Assembly: GCA_963742735.1 (NCBI GenBank)
Contig: CAVUMN010000004.1
Coordinates: 992,001 to 1,056,000, forward strand
Reading direction: 5' to 3'
Length of the DNA: 64,000 bases
DNA from: an uncultured Actinomycetes bacterium
GTDB taxonomy: Bacteria > Actinomycetota > UBA4738 > JBBDTT01
Part shown: positions 60,918 through 64,000 of the stretch, one piece after another
Position numbering within the stretch: the stretch's first letter is position 1
How the letters are laid out: each line of letters opens with the position of its first letter
Program-made: the position numbers and the translations under genes
The notes under the pieces: generated by a model
Database searches by the model: none
What the model saw: the letters and a program-made list of their open reading frames with translations, nothing else
Told to the model about the DNA's origin: nothing

Positions 60918-61592
60918 CTACTCGGGCGCGCTGCGCACGGCCGCGGCGCGGTAGCCGACCCCGCGGACGGTCTCGATGAGGTGCTCGTGCTCGGGCCCGA
61001 GCTTCGCGCGGAGCCGCCGGACGTGCACGTCGACGGTGCGGGTGCCGCCGTAGAAGTCGTAGCCCCACACCTCCTGGAGGAGGGCGGCGCGGGAAAACAC
61101 CCGGCCCGGGCGCTCGGCGAGGAACCGCAGCAGCTCGAACTCCTTGTACGTCAGGTCCAGGGGCCGTCCGCTGACGGTCACCTGATAGGTCTCGACGTTC
61201 ACCGCGAGCGGGCCCACCCGCACCGTCGCGTCGGGCCCTCCGCCGATCCGCCGCCGGAGCATCGACAGGCGCGTGCGGATCTCGAGCTCCGGGGCGCCCG
61301 CGTACAGGAACTCGTCGGCCACCTCGGCCCAGGCGTACGTCTCGAGGTCGGCGCGGGCGACGACCGCGACCACCGGGATGACCAGGTCGGTCGCGGCCAG
61401 GGTGGTGAGCAGGCGGAAGGCGTGGGGGGCGTTCTCCTCGGCGTCCACGATCAGGGCGTCGGGGGAGAGGTCCGGAAGGTGGACGAGCGAATCCACGGCG
61501 AGCGGCTCCACCTTCACGTCGGCGTCGATGCCGCGGATCGCGGGGAGCACCTCGTCGGGGGAACGGTCCGAGAACAGGACGATCCTCGCCAT
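60918..61592 (-). CDS. glnR: orphan OmpR-family regulator GlnR
   Basis: atypical receiver; DLTYKEFELL, VWGYDFYGGTRTVDVHVRRLRAKLGPEHE; next to glnA/glnE. Confidence 0.85.
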   Translation of the reverse strand: MARIVLFSDRSPDEVLPAIRGIDADVKVEPLAVDSLVHLPDLSPDALIVDAEENAPHAFRLLTTLAATDLVIPVVAVVARADLETYAWAEVADEFLYAGAPELEIRTRLSMLRRRIGGGPDATVRVGPLAVNVETYQVTVSGRPLDLTYKEFELLRFLAERPGRVFSRAALLQEVWGYDFYGGTRTVDVHVRRLRAKLGPEHEHLIETVRGVGYRAAAVRSAPE

Positions 61593-61699
61593 GCGCCACC
61601 TATCTCAACGCCGGAGGTACGGGGGCGAGGGTAACAGACACCCGAAGCCGAACCGGGTGGCGCGGTCGAATTGCCGGGGATGGGTAGGCTGGGGTCGGT

Positions 61700-62481
61700 A
61701 TGCCATCGCTCCTGTCCCCGCTCACTCGCAAGTTCCGAGTGCCCCATCGCGTGTTCACGGTGCGGACCGAGGACGGCCTCACGCTGGTCGGCGCGCGGCT
61801 GGGCACCGCGCCGGTGGCCCTGGTGTTCTGCCACGGATTCCTCGGCTGGCATCGCAAGCTGCGCGTGGTCCGGTTCTGCGAGGCGCTCGCCGAGCGGTTC
61901 ACCGTGTACGCCTTCGACTTCCGCGGCCACGGGGCCAGCGAGGGGCACTCGACCCTCGGTGCCCTGGAGGTCCACGACGTCGACGCCGTGGTGCGCCTGG
62001 CCCGGAGTGACGGCCACGAGAAGGTCGTCACCGTGGGCGGCTCGATGGGGGGCGTCGCCGCGGTCCGCCACGCCGCGCTGCTGGGGGGCGTGGACGCCGT
62101 CGTGGCGATCTCGACACCGGCCGGGTGGGACGGCCACGACTCGGCGGTGGTTCGCCGGATGAGCCGGATCACCTCGACCGACCGGGGCCGGCGGGTCGTC
62201 CGGAGCCTCGGGGTCCGCATGGCGGACTCCTGGGGGACTCCGAGTCGCCCGAGGAGATCGCTTCGCGGATCAGCCCGACGCCGCTGGTCGTCGTGCACGG
62301 GCGCGACGACCACTACTTCGACGAGGAGCAGGCCTGGCGGCTCTACCGCGCGGCCCGGGAGCCGAAGCGGCTGCTGCTGGCCGCCCCCTTCGGTCACGCC
62401 GAGGACGGCTACTCGCCCGAGCTCGCGGAGCTCCTCGCCCGGCGGCTCCACGAGGTCCTGGAGGCGCGGACCTCGGGTTGA
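61700..62481 (+). CDS. alpha/beta hydrolase, frameshift near 62245
   Basis: HGF, DFRGHG, GGSMGG, then VVHGRDDHYF and GHAE in the second frame. Confidence 0.85.
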
Positions 62482-62582
62482 CATCTACTTTCTGACTGTT
62501 CGATAATTTCCGAACATCCCGACGGAGGAGAACCCCCCCGGCGGCCCGCAGGAGTGACCGAGGTCACAGTGACCGGCGGTCA
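62478..62582 (+). promoter_or_regulatory. promoter and TetR-like palindromic operators for the MMPL operon
   Basis: TTGACA-N18-GATAAT; TGACCGAGGTCA and TGACCGGCGGTCA palindromes. Confidence 0.55.
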
Positions 62583-62608
62583 GTCATTGGGTAGGATCGG
62601 GAGAGCCC

Positions 62609-63778
62609 ATGTTCGGTCGCATCGCCGCGTTCGTCGCCCGCCACGCCAAGCTCGTCATCCTGGCCTGGTTCGTCCTCGCCGCCGTCCTGTTCGCGGTGGC
62701 CCCGAAGTTCGAGGAGGTGGCCACCCAGGACACGTCGGCCTTCCTCGGCGAGAGCGCCCCCAGCGTGGAGGGCGCCTACCGGATCTACGAGCTGTGGCCG
62801 GACGAGGAGTTCAACCAGGCCGGGGCGCTGGTGGCGGCCCGTTCGAGCGGACTGACCGAGCGGGACGAGCGCTTCCTGCGCGAGATGGAGTCGTGGCTGA
62901 ACTCCCCGGCCGCGCCCGAGAACGTCCGTGTCACTCAGTCCCCGTACTCCCGCCCCGAGCTCGCCGACGTCCTGGCCTCCGCCGACGGCGAGACCGCGAT
63001 CCTGATCGTCGGATTCACCACGCCCCCGTTCGAGCCCAGGACGAACGAGGCCGTGGCCGCGATCCGCGAGCGCGCGACCGGGGAGAAGCCCGAGGACCTC
63101 CAGGTCCACTTCACCGGCAACGCCGGCGTCGGCGCCGACCAGAATGCGGCCATCAAGACGGCCGTGGAGCGCACCACGATCATCACCCTGATCCTGGTGA
63201 TCACGATCCTGGTGTGGATCTACCGCTCGCCGGTCGCGCCGCTCGTCCCGCTGACCACCATCGGAGTGTCGTTCGCGGTCTCGCTCGGGGTGATCTCGCT
63301 GCTGGCCCAGGCCGGGCTGAAGGTCTCGGCGCTGGTCGAGACGTTCATGGTCGTGATCATCCTGGGGGCCGGCACGGACTACTGCCTGTTCATCGTGAGC
63401 CGCTTCAAGGAGGAGCTCGCCGAGGGCGGCGAGGCCCGCCGGACCCTCATCGGGACCATGGCCATCATCGGGGGCGTCATCGCCTCGAGCGCCGCCACGG
63501 TCATCGTCGGGTTCGCCGCTCAGGGTGTGGCCCGGTTCGGCATGTTCCGGACGATGGGCCCGGCGATGGCCATCGCGGTGGCCATCACCCTGTTGGCCGG
63601 ACTGACCCTCACCCCCGCGCTGCTGAAGATCCTGGGCACCCGGGCGTTCTGGCCTCAGCGGATCGGGCTACGGATCCCCGGACAGGAAGAGGTCGCCGAA
63701 CCACCCGCGCTCGACCCGGCGCCGGCGAAGCCTGGGTCGAAGCGGGGCGGGCGGAAGCCGGCGGAGGAGCTCGCGTGA
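62609..63778 (+). CDS. MMPL/RND transporter, N-terminal half
   Basis: YRSPVAPL, GAGTDYCLFIVSRFKEEL, LTLTPALL. Confidence 0.88.
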   Translation: MFGRIAAFVARHAKLVILAWFVLAAVLFAVAPKFEEVATQDTSAFLGESAPSVEGAYRIYELWPDEEFNQAGALVAARSSGLTERDERFLREMESWLNSPAAPENVRVTQSPYSRPELADVLASADGETAILIVGFTTPPFEPRTNEAVAAIRERATGEKPEDLQVHFTGNAGVGADQNAAIKTAVERTTIITLILVITILVWIYRSPVAPLVPLTTIGVSFAVSLGVISLLAQAGLKVSALVETFMVVIILGAGTDYCLFIVSRFKEELAEGGEARRTLIGTMAIIGGVIASSAATVIVGFAAQGVARFGMFRTMGPAMAIAVAITLLAGLTLTPALLKILGTRAFWPQRIGLRIPGQEEVAEPPALDPAPAKPGSKRGGRKPAEELA

Positions 63779-64000
63779 GCTGGCAAGGGCTCTCCGAGTT
63801 CGTCCGCCGGCGCCCGCGACGGGTGATGCTGTTTTCGCTGGCGGTGCTGATCGCGCCGACCCTGGCCCTGCCTACCACCCGGGTCAGCTACGACCTGCTG
63901 GGCGAGCTGCCGCGCGACGCCGACGCGGTGAAGGGCTTCGAGGTCCTGTCCCGCTCGTTCTCTCCCGGTCAGATCCAGCCCCTGATCGTGGTCATCGAGA
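63775..64000 (+). CDS. MMPL transporter, second half (3'-truncated by window)
   Basis: GTGA overlap; WQGLSEFVRRRP...YDLLGELP...GFEVL..FSPGQIQP. Confidence 0.75.
   Translation, partial: MSWQGLSEFVRRRPRRVMLFSLAVLIAPTLALPTTRVSYDLLGELPRDADAVKGFEVLSRSFSPGQIQPLIVVIE

Overview
High-GC actinobacterial chromosomal DNA. The left arm is core: dodecin, purA-D-E-B-C-S-Q-L-F-M, a 2-oxoacid dehydrogenase operon with Leu/Val dehydrogenase, bldC and tRNA-Glu/Asp/Phe. The right arm is core nitrogen metabolism: nadE, two glnA genes, glnE and glnR with clear GlnR boxes. About 25 kb of accessory genes lies between tRNA-Lys(TTT) and tRNA-Glu. The highlight is at ~36.8-46.2 kb, an apparent pearlin-type RiPP cluster. 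It has a stand-alone LanB glutamylation-domain enzyme (PEARL-like), two SAM-methyltransferase-rhodanese fusions (one with and one without the catalytic Cys), a 66-aa acidic scaffold peptide ending LEEVEQLEYKVAL that the ORF track does not list separately, and an M50-type membrane protease. A cysteine desulfurase/EF-hand pair and a PLP decarboxylase flank it. The accessory region also has an orphan proline-to-pyrrole carrier-protein cassette and a sortase-anchored ice-binding-type protein. Many frameshifts in housekeeping genes look like sequencing indel errors. All calls come from reading motifs by eye; no database searches were run.
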